Shown here in pieces: positions 1 to 13,618 of a stretch of 64,000 bases of DNA. Both the position numbers and the translations under genes were made by a program. Location: contig NC_087437.1 of the NCBI RefSeq assembly GCF_036321535.1, positions 65,846,001-65,910,000 on the forward strand, read 5' to 3'. Below the pieces are notes generated by a model. That model did not search any database. It was given only the letters and a program-made list of their open reading frames with translations, and had not been told where the DNA came from. Positions within the stretch are counted from its first letter, which is position 1. Each line of letters begins with the position of its first letter. Source of the DNA: Camelus dromedarius. Its lineage: Eukaryota.

Positions 1-232
1 TCCTCCACCCACTTATATCCTTCTTATAGCTCTTAAAGACATGTGCTCAGATGGTGGCATTTCACTCACTGAATGAGGTGGCAATTTCATTATCGTGGGC
101 TAAAATTAAGTACATTTATTAAGAACAACTACAGGAAGAAAATGACCTTCTTGCGGGGATGTTTAAGTTAGAGAAAAGGGAGTTCGAACCCCACTTAGAG
201 CAACATACATCCACTCATGTTAGAACAGACTC

Positions 233-271
233 ACTATAACTCAATAAAAAAAAAGTTTAAAAAAAAAAAAA
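233..271 (+). mobile_element. Ultra-short 5'-truncated L1 3' tip plus poly(A), with 11-bp TSD
   Basis: AGAACAGACTC at 222-232 and 272-282 flanks actataactcaataaaa...(A)n; TT|AGAA target site. Confidence 0.8.
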
Positions 272-1176
272 AGAACAGACTCTAAGGGAAAAACTAATTC
301 AAACAACAGGTATCTATTGATTACCTTTTACAAACCAGGCACCAGGCAAGTAGAGGTAAACAAAGTGCCATCGTTCCAGCCTTCATGGAGTTTATAAACT
401 AGCAGAGAAGCCAGCCAGTGAAAAAGAATTCACAGGTGTGTTGACTGTTAAGTCAGAGTAAGTTTCAGGGGCTCTGCACACTTTGCTTTGTTAAGAAATC
501 CCTTTTTCCTGATGTAAACAGATGGCAATCAGAATGCACTCCATTGTGCCACTGAGGACAGATGCTGGTTTGGCACTTCTCCAGAAAGCTACCCATATCT
601 TCACAATTTGTTTCCATACATCCACACAGATGCAAATATATACACAAGTGCTCCAGGGAGAAGCTTTTGCCTGCAGTGAGGCTCGTTGAAGGGCTTTCTC
701 TCAAGGGTTTTGCTGTCAGATTGGTTCCACACACCTCCTTACAGGTGCTTGTTTCAGAGTATGGAGGGGGAATGGAGCTCCAACCTCAGGGAGGTTGCAG
801 TCTAGGCAAGCAGGACCCTGCTAACCTGGAATTGAGGTGATGCCTGAGCCATCTCCCCTCTCAGGAACTCCCTGATGGAACCAGAATTAAAGAACCTGTC
901 CCTGGAGTGAGATAATTAAGAACAAGCCCATAAATTGACTAAGTACAGCTAAGGGTGGAGAGTCTATGCAATATCCAGCATTCTTCTCCCACTTAACTGA
1001 GGGTCTTTAAAATTCACACAGAGAATATTATCTTTCCTAAACGGTTCACATGCCAAGACATAGCAAAGGTACTACGTATAAAATGTGATATACAAACGCA
1101 TGTTCATATAGAAATTCTTACCTTTGTAGACTGTCAAATCCTGTTGATAATGGTTCTGTGTCTTTGTCATATGCAG

Positions 1177-1248
1177 TATCTTTCTGGATTTGGGAATGAG
1201 TGTGCCTCGGAGGACCCTCGCTGCCCAGGTGCCCTGCCAGAAGGACAG
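1177..1248 (+). CDS. HGD: HGD exon 2 ([24 protein letters not shown])
   Basis: Flanked by tgcAG and GTatga; 72 nt; translation matches the mammalian HGD N-terminus after MAELK (exon 1 not found in window). Confidence 0.97.
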
Positions 1249-2078
1249 GTATGAGTGAATAGAAAATTAGCTTAGAGAGCTCTGAATTGTAGGAATGAAT
1301 GACTGGCCTTCAGGCCAAGTGCCTCTACTCACCATGGTTCTTATAATTTAGCCTGTGAACTGTCTAGGAGCCTCACAAATCATTAAGACAATTGGGATGC
1401 AAAACAATGACAATATGAAGGTTAGTTGGATGGTGGTTACCTATGGCCAAGCACCCAACCCTAAATAAGTAAGACTAACTGTAGGACTTTCAAGAGGATC
1501 CCCTAGGTCCAGGGTTAAGGGGACTTCCTTGTAGTTCCCTTGACCAGCATATGATATAACAATGATGAGAAAATAATCAGTCCTTTTTAAAGAAATGTAT
1601 GTACAAAGATGTTCACACTGGTGTTCATTATAATAGTAAAAATATGGCAAACAAATTTTTTTCAAATGTTTTTGAAGAATACTTCATGGCATGAAAAAAG
1701 TGCTCATGATATAGTGCTTCCTTTTTTAAAAAAGGAAGAAGCCCTAATTATTAACAGGACTACACATATTACAGAATCCCCATTTAAGAATGAAAGGAAA
1801 TATATCCGTATGTCAACATTGGGTTATTTCTGCATGGTGAGATAATGGGTTATAGTTCATAAATTTTCTACAATAAGCTTGAATTACTTTTTGCATCAGA
1901 GGGAAGAGTCACCTAAAATATTATTACAAGAAGTATATATGGGTTGGAGATAGTTGTGTGCACTGAGTGGCCCAGAGCATCTCCATCCAAGGCAGAGTTC
2001 CCCAACTGAGTTGCTTGGTGGGAAGGTGGGATGCTTTTCAGATTGGACTGGTGTCATTTATTGCCTCCTTTGTCTTAG

Positions 2079-2168
<90 letters not shown>

Positions 2169-3064
2169 TAAAAGGATTAGGGTAATTCTGACCTGAGGTC
2201 TATGGGTACATGACTAGTATTCAATGCTGCCTCCTATACCTGGACCACAGCCTCCCAGGCTGCCCAAGATCTTGCTGCTTACAGGCTGTGCTCTGGATCA
2301 TAGTCAGGGGAGGATGGGCCTCATCTCCAGCTAGAATCAAGTGACTGGTGGAAGAAGGTGAGAGAGCAGCTGCACAGAGACTTGAAAACACACATCTAAT
2401 TCCATTTATAAACCATGCTTGTACACAGAAGAAAATGTTCCTCATAGTCTGGCCTTACCCTAGGGTTACCAGTTGAGTTCTGAATTTTGGGTTACTCATT
2501 TTTTGTGTTTTTTTAAAATACTGATTAACTCAAAATTAGAGAAGATTCAGTGCAATATCCCCCTCAGCTGACTAGAAGTATTATGTTCTTTAGATGAAAA
2601 TGTTGGATAATCCAAGCTTGGGTAGATGAAAGGTCATGTATTGTGGCCCCTGTGGTTTGAATTAACAAGGTTTTTACTCTTTGGAATTTGCCTTTGCTGG
2701 AAACCAGCACATTCATTAGCACCATGCATCATGCTCTGTGTTTGCTGTAATCCTACAAGCCAGGGCAGTGAACTCACTCCCTTGATTAACTCCCATGGGG
2801 CAGGTTGGACGCAGTAAGTGTTGTGGTCTGGGGAGGCAGCAAGTGCTGTGACTGAAACAAGCAGCGTCTAGTTGTAGGAATTTCAGACGAGGGCGTCTCT
2901 GAAGAGGGCTGCCACTTATATTGGAGATTTGGGGAGGAGGGCAGGTGGTATTGTACTGCTTAGTGGAAGGTGACTCAGTTTATTTCCACAGAGTCCACCT
3001 GAGATGCAAATGAGATAGTGAGTACAAAAGCAGAGTGGACCAATCAAATGATAGCTTGTTCCCC

Positions 3065-3310
3065 TTAGTGGTTAATCAGGCTCACTCCAGAGTCAGGCCC
3101 CCTGAGTTTAAATCCTGACTCCTTCTCTCTCCAGCTTTGTGACCTTGGGCAGGTCATCTACCCTCTCAGAGCCTCTGGGTTTTCATTTGTTAAAATGATA
3201 ATAATAATACTTATTTCATAGTTGTGATGAGGATTAAAGGAAAAAATGTAAAGTGCTTAGCACAATGCCGGGTCCATGGTGATTACTCAATTAACATTAA
3301 TTATTATAAG
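3065..3310 (+). mobile_element. MIR SINE (one of many copies in the window)
   Basis: Core tgtgaccttgggcaggtca...ctcagagcctc...aaaatg...aaagtgcttagcaca. Confidence 0.8.
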
Positions 3311-5736
3311 CATCATCATTGCCACCATAGCAGAGTGTCTCCCTCCAGTACAGGGTATCCCTAGGAGGCCACCAGAGAACTGAGTGGCAGGTGCCATGTT
3401 ATCATGCCAATATCAGTATTGCTTCTCTCTGGATAGACATGTACATGGAGGGAGGAAGAGATAGTTTCCCATACTTGTCAAATCAGGGGCTAATTCTATT
3501 GCTATTTAATCATCTCTCTCTCTCCCTCTGTGGCCCAGATAGTCAAGGTAAGGTAAGCACACAGACGATTCCTGTCCATTCTAATTTATGACAGCCTGGC
3601 CTCCATGACTATGTTCTTGACTTTATGACCCACTCACTAACGGGACACCTGGACTCCGGATTCTGCTGCCTGCCTCCATTATTCAGCAATATCTTCAGCC
3701 AGCAGGAGCAGAGCTCTGTTCCAGGAGGCTGAAAAGGAGCTGTTGGCATTTCATTAAGAAGCTGGCACCATTCCCTGAATCAGAATTAAATCTCTGTCCA
3801 GGGCAATGTAGTGCTGCCTGGGGAGTTTTATAAACTCAGCTAAAAAACAAGGGACACAGGGCATGGCTCACCCATCTGCTTAGAACTCTTCAAAGGAATC
3901 CACAAGAATTTTGTGAAAATGCTCAAAATTCCCAGTGGGAAGATGGAGCCAGCTCCATCCATAGGTGAGAAAGCCTGGAATTCTTACATTTAGTCACTAT
4001 TCATTTAAGCCACAGAGTGTAGGACCCCTCCCCCACCCCTGCAAAACTATCAGAGATTATATCTATCAGGAGCTGATTTTTACCAGATTAGTTAGCTGCT
4101 CCCTTAAGTCCTGAGAAGGGAGAGCCAGGACACAAAATGTGGAAAATCTGGACCACTACAAAAACCCAGATGATCAGGGGTAGACAGATAGACAGTTCAA
4201 CACACATCTAATAAGTAAGCACCAACTGTATGCCAGGCATTCTGGGTACGTAAACTCTGAGACCTCACAACAATCCTGGGAGGTAAGGATGGGGAATGTA
4301 GGATCAAGAAAGTTTTGTAACTGGCCCAAGAAGACACAGTTGGTTCTAAGATACACACACGGGTTCTCAATTCCACTACTAGAAGCTGGAGAGGCTTAGT
4401 TACTGCATGGCCTGCAGTTCAGTGTCTGAGATCACATCATCTAGAACTGGAGGAATCAAATAAAAACCAAACAAATCTAGCCCCTTTATCTCCTAAATGG
4501 CTCAGTGTGGGGCCAGGTCAACTCCACCCTTTGAAGTAAACTGTCCTGGGGCTCAAAGGGCCAGAGCCTGTTCAAGCAGCTCTGGTCTTCCATTGCCCAG
4601 GTGATGTTCTTCTTCCTGCAGTCCTCTGACAGGGTAATGGCCTCTGAAAGGACTTAGGTCCCTTCTAGTGAGTTTCAGTGTCCTTCTCAACTTCTGGATG
4701 GTTCTCATCCTAGTGTCCTTCAGGGTTCCTTCATTAGAGTTTTCTCTTCCTGAAATAAAGCCATAAATGTACTGTAAGGAAATATAGATAGGTAGTCTTA
4801 TTATTTTAGAGGACAGATGTGTTAATTCCCTGAACCTCTTACAAATTAATGTCAAAAAGACAACCCAGTAAGAAAATGATAAAGGACTTGTGCAAGTAAT
4901 TCATAGAAAAATTACAAGAGGCCAATAAACATATAGATCCTCAGTCTTATGCATAATAAACATAGTGCAAAATAAAAATGAGATACTACTTTTTACCTCT
5001 AAGGCCAAAATTATTACTAATACTCCATGTTTGGGTTATCAGGCACGCTCACACATTACAGATGTGAGAATAAAGTGATACAACAACTTGGTGATTTTGC
5101 TTATCATGCATTGAAAATATCTGAGAATATACAAGAAAGTTGTTCAATTCTGATGCCTCTGAGGATTGGCCCTGAAAAAACTGGAGGTGAACACCATTTA
5201 CCTTCTGAGACTTTCTGAATTACTTGAATTATTATTACCACTGGCATGAATTACCTTTATAATTTTGAAGAAGATAATTGATTTATATTTCAAAAATAAC
5301 AAAGAAGCCATCCAAATTCTCTCAATCTATGTAGGCTTAACGTCCTCCCTTTCCAGAGCCAGAGCAAGGATTCGTATCCAATGATGTACATAAGCTAATG
5401 TTTGTCTGTGGATTTGCCTGAACAGATATCCTTCAAGGTACTCTTCCTTCCTTTATAGTTGTCATTGGGAAAGACAATTCTTTTTTTTTTGTCAGTATGG
5501 AAATAACCAAGATCTGGAGCCTCAATGTGAAGAGTGATGGGTGAAGTGAAAGCTGAGAAGTGGCCAGGGCTATGGACAGCAGTGGCTATTCAGAAGTGAT
5601 GCTATGTCATTGCTTCCCACATTAAAGCCCACAGATCGTTGTTGACTTGAGCGTCCTCCTGATGGCACTTCCTAAGCCAGTCTGTGCATCACTCATACCA
5701 TCACCCTGAGGTTTATGTGTCCTTGTTTCCCCCCAG

Positions 5737-5842
5737 CTGGCTGTATAGGATTCTACCTTCAGTTTCTCACAAGCCTTTTGAATCCATTGACCAAGGCCAC
5801 GTCACTCACAACTGGGATGAAGTTGATCCTGATCCTAACCAG
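5737..5842 (+). CDS. HGD: HGD exon 4 ([35 protein letters not shown])
   Basis: ccAG/GTaacc boundaries; 106 nt; contained in ORF 5684..5890. Confidence 0.97.
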
Positions 5843-7986
5843 GTAACCTGGTCCTGTGAATTGGAACATAGCATGTATTCAAAGCATTGAGTATAAATAT
5901 TTAAATCTAGCCCAGGTCTTTGAGAAATTAGACAGATTTTTTTTTAAATGTGTCTGTTCTTTTGCTCAAACTTGCATGGGAATTTTGGAATTGACTGATT
6001 GTGCCTGTGCACGTGCGTGTGTGTATGTGTGCGTTTGTGTATATAAGCTTTTGTTCTTCTAGCCTAATGGCTTCTAGGTGGGCACAGAAGTGGTTCAGAC
6101 TCAGCCAGAGTGCCCAGGTGAGTTGGATGAAAGGGAATTATATAGACTGGTGAAAATGCATCTATATGCCCTAAGGCTGGTTTGTTTGTTTTAATCTAAA
6201 CTCACTTATCACAGAATACTGAAAACACATCCAACACTTACATACTGGAAAAGAGGCCTCTGGTATAGAAACGAGAGGCTTGTTGTCTGAGCTGGATTCT
6301 GTCTCTTGTCACCTAGGAACTTCCATTCCTAAGAGTTTCCTTCTTTTGATCTGGTGACAAATGGACTTTCCTTCTGGATATCACTATTATTTACGTACTC
6401 TGCTTTCAGTAATGAGACAGATCCAATGCTATAATGGACTGAGATCTATTTTTTTTTTAACCTTCTGAGAACCTTAGTGTGTTCCCTTTGCTCCTGAGTT
6501 TAGGTCCATGTCACTGATAACAAGTACAAAATGCAGGGAGGAAAACAGACCTGAATTTGCATCCCTGACCCTCTACTTACCTGCTGTGTCTTTGAGTTAG
6601 TGTTTCACCTGTAAACTGGGGTGATCACGACATCTGCCATGCAGTGTTGTTGTGAAGATTACTTGACAGAACAGGTGTGAACGTGCTTCACACAGTGCCT
6701 GGAATACTGTAGGCAAGAACCATGACTCTGATACAGCCATTTTGATCTATTCACCTAAAGGCAATGGTAGAACATATAAATCTCAGAATTCATATTCAGG
6801 TACATTTTTTTCATTTTCTACTTTTAAATTCTGAAGTCTCCATCTGCCAGACTGGCAGAAAACAATTTCGCCTCAGCCTTCCCTGGGAATGTCTGGTCCT
6901 AAACGATGCCAGAGTAGGATGGGGGTCGAGTCTTGATGGTTGGTCCTCTCTCACTGGGTAGTGTTGACATGCCCACTGTTCTGCTACCGTTGTGCCAGGT
7001 TTGGGCACAAACTCATCTGCAAGACATTTCTGGTCCTGTTGTCCTGGATATGCCTGGGACAGCCATTTCTTCCTTGTGGGAGTTGCTAGGTCACAGGTTC
7101 ATGGGTCGCCTCTGTATTCACAGTCCACACAAGTTAGTCAGTCTCCCTCTCTCCCTCCTCTCCCTTTTCCTCTGCTTTTCTCCCCTCCCCCAACTCCTTT
7201 CCACAGCCCAATTCTGTTTGGGCTATACCTACTAATCCTATACCTTCCCTTAAATGCTTAGACTCTTTGGAGAACAAATGGCACAATAATTTATAGTCAC
7301 TTTTGATTTCTTGCCCTGCTCCATCTTTTCCCTAATTATAGAAATCTCAGAGAACTAAGTACCTGCTTGAATGATACTAACTCCTCTCCAACAGGGACAG
7401 GAAGAGAGGCCTTGAGAGTGGAAAAATATGTGGTTAACAACTTAAAATATTATCTACCTCACAGCCATTTTGAAACCAAGACATCCTGTCTAAATAACTG
7501 ACCCTTAAACTTGTGTTAAGTTTAGTACATGAAACAGACATCCTCCCTAGTCTAGTTCTGGCCTATATATAGCCTTTAAGCCCGGGGAAAAAGGCAGTCC
7601 CTGCTCCAACCTCCAACTGCAGGCGCAGTCCTGTGCTGAGACACAAGGCCAGGCTTTCAGCTCTTGCCCCTTGCCCCTTGCCCCTTGGGCAGAGCAGGGC
7701 CCTGTGCGGGACAATTTCCACAGGCAACCTGTGGACCCCATATTCACCTGCCCCTGAGTCTCACCTGGGCTCCTAATTCAATCCCTATAGACTTCTCTCT
7801 CACACTCTGGAGTTAGAAACCCATCTGGCAGACCACAGTCATTTAATCACTTACCTCATTCATTGAACTATTTATTTCCACACTCATCTCATAAAGGGCC
7901 ATAAATCATTCTATCTAAAGTAACTGTTCCTTCTCTGAGAACCTGCTTGACTCCTTAATGGGTTACATCTCAAATTCTCTAACTTC

Positions 7987-8896
7987 AACCCCAGAATGGG
8001 CGGAAGACCTAAACAGACATTTCTCCAATGAGGAAATACAGATGGCCAATAGGCACATGAAAAGATGTTCAATATCACTAATTATCAGAGAAATACAAAC
8101 CAAAACTACAATGAGGTATCACCTCACAGTGGTCAGAATGGCCATCATTCAAAAGTCCATAAAGGATAAATGCTGGAGAGGGTGTGGAAAAAAGGAAACC
8201 CTCCTACACTGTTGGTGGGAATGTAATTGGTTGCAGCCATTATGGAAAGCGGTACAGAGATGCCTTAAAAAACTAAAAATAGAGTTACAATATGATCCAG
8301 CAATCCCATTCCTGGACATATATCCAGAGAAAACTCCAGTTCAAAAAGATACATGCACTTCAGTGTTCACAGCAGCATTATTTACAATAGCCAAGACATG
8401 GAAGCAACCTAAATGTGCATCAACAGATGATTGGATAAAGAAGTTGTGTATATATACACAATGGAATACTTCTCAGCCATAAAAAAGAATGAAATAATGC
8501 CATTTGCAGCAACATGGACGGACCTAAAAATTATCATACTCTAGTGAAGTGAAATAAGTCAGAGAAAAACAAATATTACATGACACCACTTATATGCACA
8601 ATCTAAAAAAATGAGACAAGTGAACTTACTTACAAAACAGAAATAGACACACAGACATAGAAAACAAACTTATGGTTACCAAAGGAGAATAGGGGAAGGG
8701 ATAAATTTGGAGTATGGGATTAGCAGATACAAATTAGATAAACAACAGAATCCTATGGTATAGCACAGGGAACTATATTCAATATCTTATAATAACCTAT
8801 AATAAAAAGGAATCTGAAAAAGAATATGATTGAATCACTATGCTGTACACCAGAAACTAACAGAACATTGTAAATCAACTATACTTCAATGAAAAA
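7987..8896 (+). mobile_element. 5'-truncated L1 (ORF2 C-terminus + 3'UTR) with 15-bp TSD
   Basis: ORF 7958..8482 ([10 protein letters not shown]...HCWWEC...YDPAIP...KTWKQPKC) is L1 ORF2p C-terminal sequence; TSD AAATTCTCTAAYTTC at 7972-7986 and 8897-8911. Confidence 0.93.
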
Positions 8897-9574
8897 AAAT
8901 TCTCTAATTTCTCTCTGAGAATTACAATGGTCATACTCATCTGCTTTAGATTAATAAATAGACCTGACTGCTTAATAACAGGACTCTGTCTTTCATGAGA
9001 AAAAATAAAGGATGGATACCTATACTTCTATAGGATTCTTGTTCAGGCTAAAAATTAAGCATTTATTATATACTAGTTTTGGAAGGTTGAGAAGGTATTT
9101 GACCCAAAGTAAATTTTCTAATTCTTTTCTTCAGGTGGTATAGAGAATCCCCAATTAAATTTCTAACAGTTCTCTCAAGTAGAGTCAAATCTCATATTAT
9201 ACAAAGGAACAGGGTGGTTGTAAAATCAGCAAGTAAGACAAAAATTAAATACAGACAAAATTATCTCTGAAAAAGCCCTTAACTCACCCATAAAGTCTAG
9301 GATACATGGTTTTGTGTGTAGCTACCCTGTATGGTAATTCTTATGTACACCAAATTTGAGAACCATTGAGCTAGACTAAAAGAAGGGTTATAGGAAAAGT
9401 CCACAGGCAGATGTTTGGGAATTCAAAGCATGGGGCCTTTAAGATAACTGTCAAATAACCAGTGGTACATGGGGTGGAGAGGGGCGGTCCAGTGGCCCTG
9501 CCTGCTCATATCGTCCACATAGTTATTTAAGCCTCTGTAACCTTAATACATCGTCATGGATTTGTTCGTGGTGG

Positions 9575-10183
9575 TGTGGGCAGTTGTGGGTTCTGGCCAG
9601 CAGAAGTCCCACCAAGACGGAATGAATTACTCAAGACTCTGTGGAAAAGTTAAGAGAGCAAGAGGGAGTCGGGAGCCAACTCCACGAGCGGCTCAAATCT
9701 CCCATATTTATTGAGTACAGTCAAAGGAGGAATGCAGGAATTTAGGGAAGGACAGGGTGGGATCACAGTGAGTACAAAGGCTTTGTTTATTGTTGGTGTT
9801 TGGCTCAAGGTCAGAAGACCCTTTTTGGTGAATCATGTTCAAGTTGAGCCTTTCAGCTTATCAGGGTGGAACGTATGAGAATTAGCTGCTTAACAGCTTG
9901 GACTCAGGCGGCTGTGCCTGTCTTAGGTTGCCCCCCTCAGGGGATCTTACCCGTCATTGGCTAACCAGCCTTCTCACCTCTGAGTCTGCAGCTTTTTATA
10001 AGTTGTTTACCATTCCAGCCCAAGGCTGTTTTGGGGATAGAAGACTAACAGCAGGCACGCCCAGCGTTTATAGCAGGGGGCCTGGGTCATTGCTAAAACC
10101 TCAAGGCAGTTGCTAAGCACATCTTCAAGGAGATAAGCAGCTGAGATTGTTACAATTTGTTAACCCAGTCATGGGCTTCCACA
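9575..10183 (-). mobile_element. Solo ERV LTR (ERV1-like, 4-bp TSD) in HGD intron 4, antisense to HGD
   Basis: Termini TGTGG...CCACA; TSD GTGG at 9571-9574 and 10184-10187; minus-strand AATAAA at 9712-9707 and CCAAT at 9960-9956. Confidence 0.8.
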
Positions 10184-13100
10184 GTGGGCAACAGTGGAGC
10201 CACACATTTTATATCACATTTTGTTTGTAGAGGGTGAGGGGTGAGGTTTTAAACCTAACCTTTAAGGAAAATGTGAGTGTGATGTGTAATAAGCTCAGTA
10301 ATATCCTTTTATTATATAGTATTATTATTTCTATGACTATTGATACATTTTATTTAACATGAATAAGATCATCGGGTACAGGTGGCTTGCCCATGGAAGC
10401 TAACCTCGTTCTGATAGAATTTTTCTTGTTTTGTCTTATTATACATACCTATAAAAACTTAAGTGATACAGAAATTAACAAAGTAGAAAACGGAAGTCTC
10501 CCACCAGAAATGACAGTCAAGTGCATCGGTTGTGTGTGTTAATTCATTATTCATAAGTAGTTAACGTACATTTTGACAGGGAAGTTTGGGGAAACTGCAT
10601 TTAAAAGCCTGGGTTAATATAAAGTCTTCAAAACAGCTGCATCAAAAGTTTCTGCTTGCCTTCTAGTAAATTCTGAAAACACATTTGTTTCCTCCTCCTC
10701 TTCCCCCTGTTTCCTTGCTCTGCACTTCTCCTTGAACTTGTTACTTCCCTCCTGTTCTGAATTCCTTCGAGCACTTTCCACATAGTGGCCACTGAAAGCG
10801 TTTCTTCTCCAGTATTTCCCCTGCTCATTTCCAGCCTTGTGCTCACGCATGTGGGGACAGAGGGGCCCCAAAACTCCACAGTGCCTCTTTGAACACCAGC
10901 TCCATCAAGGTAGTGGTTATCCTCCCCCTGCTCTGTAACCTGTATCACCTACCATTCTGCTTCCCTTGTCTTGATATACACACCCAGGCTGTTCTTGCAA
11001 AATCTATCCTTTTGTCTTTTCATTTACACCTTCTTGACAAGTTAATCTCTCTTTCCGATTTTATGCTTCATTAATTAACCACAGCAATCTGCATTCATCA
11101 CTTTCCCCCACTTGTAACCTCTTCCAAATAAGTACTCCAGACTCTCACCGAGAAAGTCTGAGGAAATTATATTTAGGGACCCATCTGACAGTCCTCCAGC
11201 TGAAACTGTATGGTAGGTGTGTCTTCACTGTCACAGACCAGATCCGATGCTTCATCAGCTTCACTGACTCCCCACGTAAGTCATCTCTGGGAATTTGAAG
11301 ACATGAAAATTACTTAATGTTTCCTCCAATAGAGGATTATGGGATATGCTATCATTACCATTGTGTTTGATACCCTGGAAGACAGGAAGACTATGTCCCA
11401 AAACCTTAATTTTCTTTTAGTGTACTTCATTAATAATCTAAGAATTAATGCAAACTCTTTTTGAGTGTATGCAGAGTCAGCTGTGAACATAACAAGCTCA
11501 ATCCATTAACATCTCACATAATAATATATTGAATTTTGTTCATCATGCACCTTCCTCTAACTTCTGGAATCCCAGAATTTAACAAACAAATCTGCTTCCA
11601 GTTTGACTCAGCATTCCTGAATCAGCATTCTTTTGAAGGTCAGAGTCCTTTAAAGTTTACCTTTGTTATCACTATAGCCCTAATCACTTGACTGTTGGAA
11701 AGTCCAAATTTTAACCCAATTAATCCTCAGCTGAGGAAATTATCTTTTAGTTCTCAACCAGTATTATTTGGGCCAAGTGAGAAACACCTCAAAGATAACT
11801 AAAGATCACATCATAAAATTCCCTCTGCTGCAGGACATACAAATTATCAAAAATGTTTCAAAACAATACATCCTTACAAGGTGTCTGATGTCTAATTTGT
11901 GAAACTTTAAGTTTCACTATCCCCAAAGCCCCCACCCTCCAAAAATGTCTTGGACTTCCAGCCTCTTTAAGCTTTTGCCTAAGTCTCTCCAATACATAAA
12001 CACTCCTTGAGAAAGTAATCTAAACCCACTGGATCACCTCATTCACTCCATAACACTTTGTAGTTCAACCAGCCTAGGCTATTATAAGTATTTAAACTTC
12101 TTTAAACAACAATGCACCCCCTACCATTAATACATGTTTTTATTCAAAACTTAAATAAAAGTGCCAATCCCTAATAATCCCACCAATGCAGAGTTAACCA
12201 CTTCTAATGTTTTGGTTTCTTTCTTTCTAGTCTTTTTCTTTGCACATGTGTGTAAATAAATAAGGTCTGGGGGTCCAATGCAGCCAGAAGTCAAAAGTAA
12301 TTGAAAATAATCCCAAACTTCATTTGCTTCTCCTGAAAACATTAAAGAACATGCAGTATATGACCCACAGCAACACTTTTGAAAGTCCCCTTTCCCCAGT
12401 TTTTCCTGGACTCCAACCCTCTCTCACCTCTTCGCCATGCTCTTGTCTTCCCCAAGCTCCTTGGGCCTAGACTGCTGGTTCATGGCTTGGCCTTGCCTCC
12501 CCCTACCTTTTGCCTCTAGAAAATGACACTTAGATGTAGGTCCTCACCCTCTTTTCCCAGGAGATGCACACACACCCACACACATGCGCACATGTGTAAC
12601 ATTGATCTACATGGTAAGACTGGAGTTCAAAGGGCTGAGGGAGGGGAAATGAGCAAAGCAGAATTTTCCATGGGGAGCAGTGAGGGGAAGGGGAAGAGGC
12701 TGTGAATACTCTTATATTAATGCTGTTTTTTTTTCTTAAGCAGTTACAAATATACTTACTGTAAGTAAACTCAAGCTCTAATTCAGTTTTAAATTCTGGT
12801 TTTTTTTTTAATTAAACGTATTTTGTGTCTTTTTCCATGTCTTTTTAAACTCCTTGAGTACAGATAATTTTTCATGTGGCATTATAATTCACTACATGTT
12901 TATAAGATGATTGCTCTATTGTCAGATACTTAGATTGTTTCCATTTTTACTATTATAAATCATCCATGGCTAACAACCCTTTTCTCCTCAACATCCCACA
13001 GCCTGAAACAGATGACTTCCCTTTTTTCCTTCCTAGATCTCTGTCCTTTCCTGTGTTCTATGACACTGTGTAAGCCTGCAAAATAGGAGATGCTCTTACC

Positions 13101-13236
13101 CCTCCTTGTCTCCATCACCCTCCTGGGAAAGAGGGAAGTACTTACTCTCTCCTGCCCCTCACTTCCTCTTCCTTATTGTCTTTCTTACCTTCTTTTTTTC
13201 TTGCCTTCCTTATTACCCCTATCTGCCTCCTCCCCT

Positions 13237-13618
13237 GGTATTAGTTTCCTAGGGCTGCCTTTACAAAGTACCACAGACTGGGTGGCTTAAACAACAAAGA
13301 TTTATTTTCTCACCATTGTGGAAGCAAGATATCTGAGATCAAAGTGTTGGTGGCATTGGTTTCTTCTGAGGCTTCTTCATTGTCTTTGGATGGCTGTCTG
13401 ATGCCAGTGTCTTCGTATCGTCTTTCCTCTATACATCTGTGTTCAAACTTCCTCTTCTTATAAGGACACATCTTATTGGATCAGGGCCCACCCAAATGAC
13501 CTCATTTTAACTTAATTACTCCTGAAAGCCCTTATCTCCAAATACAGCCATTCCAAGGTACTAGGGGTTAGGACTCCAACACATGAATTATGGGGAGAAA
13601 ACAATTTAGCCCGTAACA
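13237..13618 (-). mobile_element. MaLR LTR (MLT1-type)
   Basis: gtattagtttcctagggctg...aaagtaccacagactgggtggcttaaacaac...ccgtaaca is typical reverse-strand MLT1 sequence. Confidence 0.85.

Noticed and set aside
150..195. B-box-like GGAGTTCGAACCCC suggesting a tRNA gene
   Set aside because: No convincing A box or cloverleaf; at most a decayed SINE remnant
1..1176. Search for HGD exon 1 (MAELK followed by a GT donor) and promoter
   Set aside because: No matching ATG exon found; it most likely lies upstream of the window, so this is truncation by the window edge, not gene loss
7958..8482. 174-aa ORF as a host gene
   Set aside because: It is the C-terminal part of L1 ORF2 in a 5'-truncated insertion, and its ATG comes from flanking DNA
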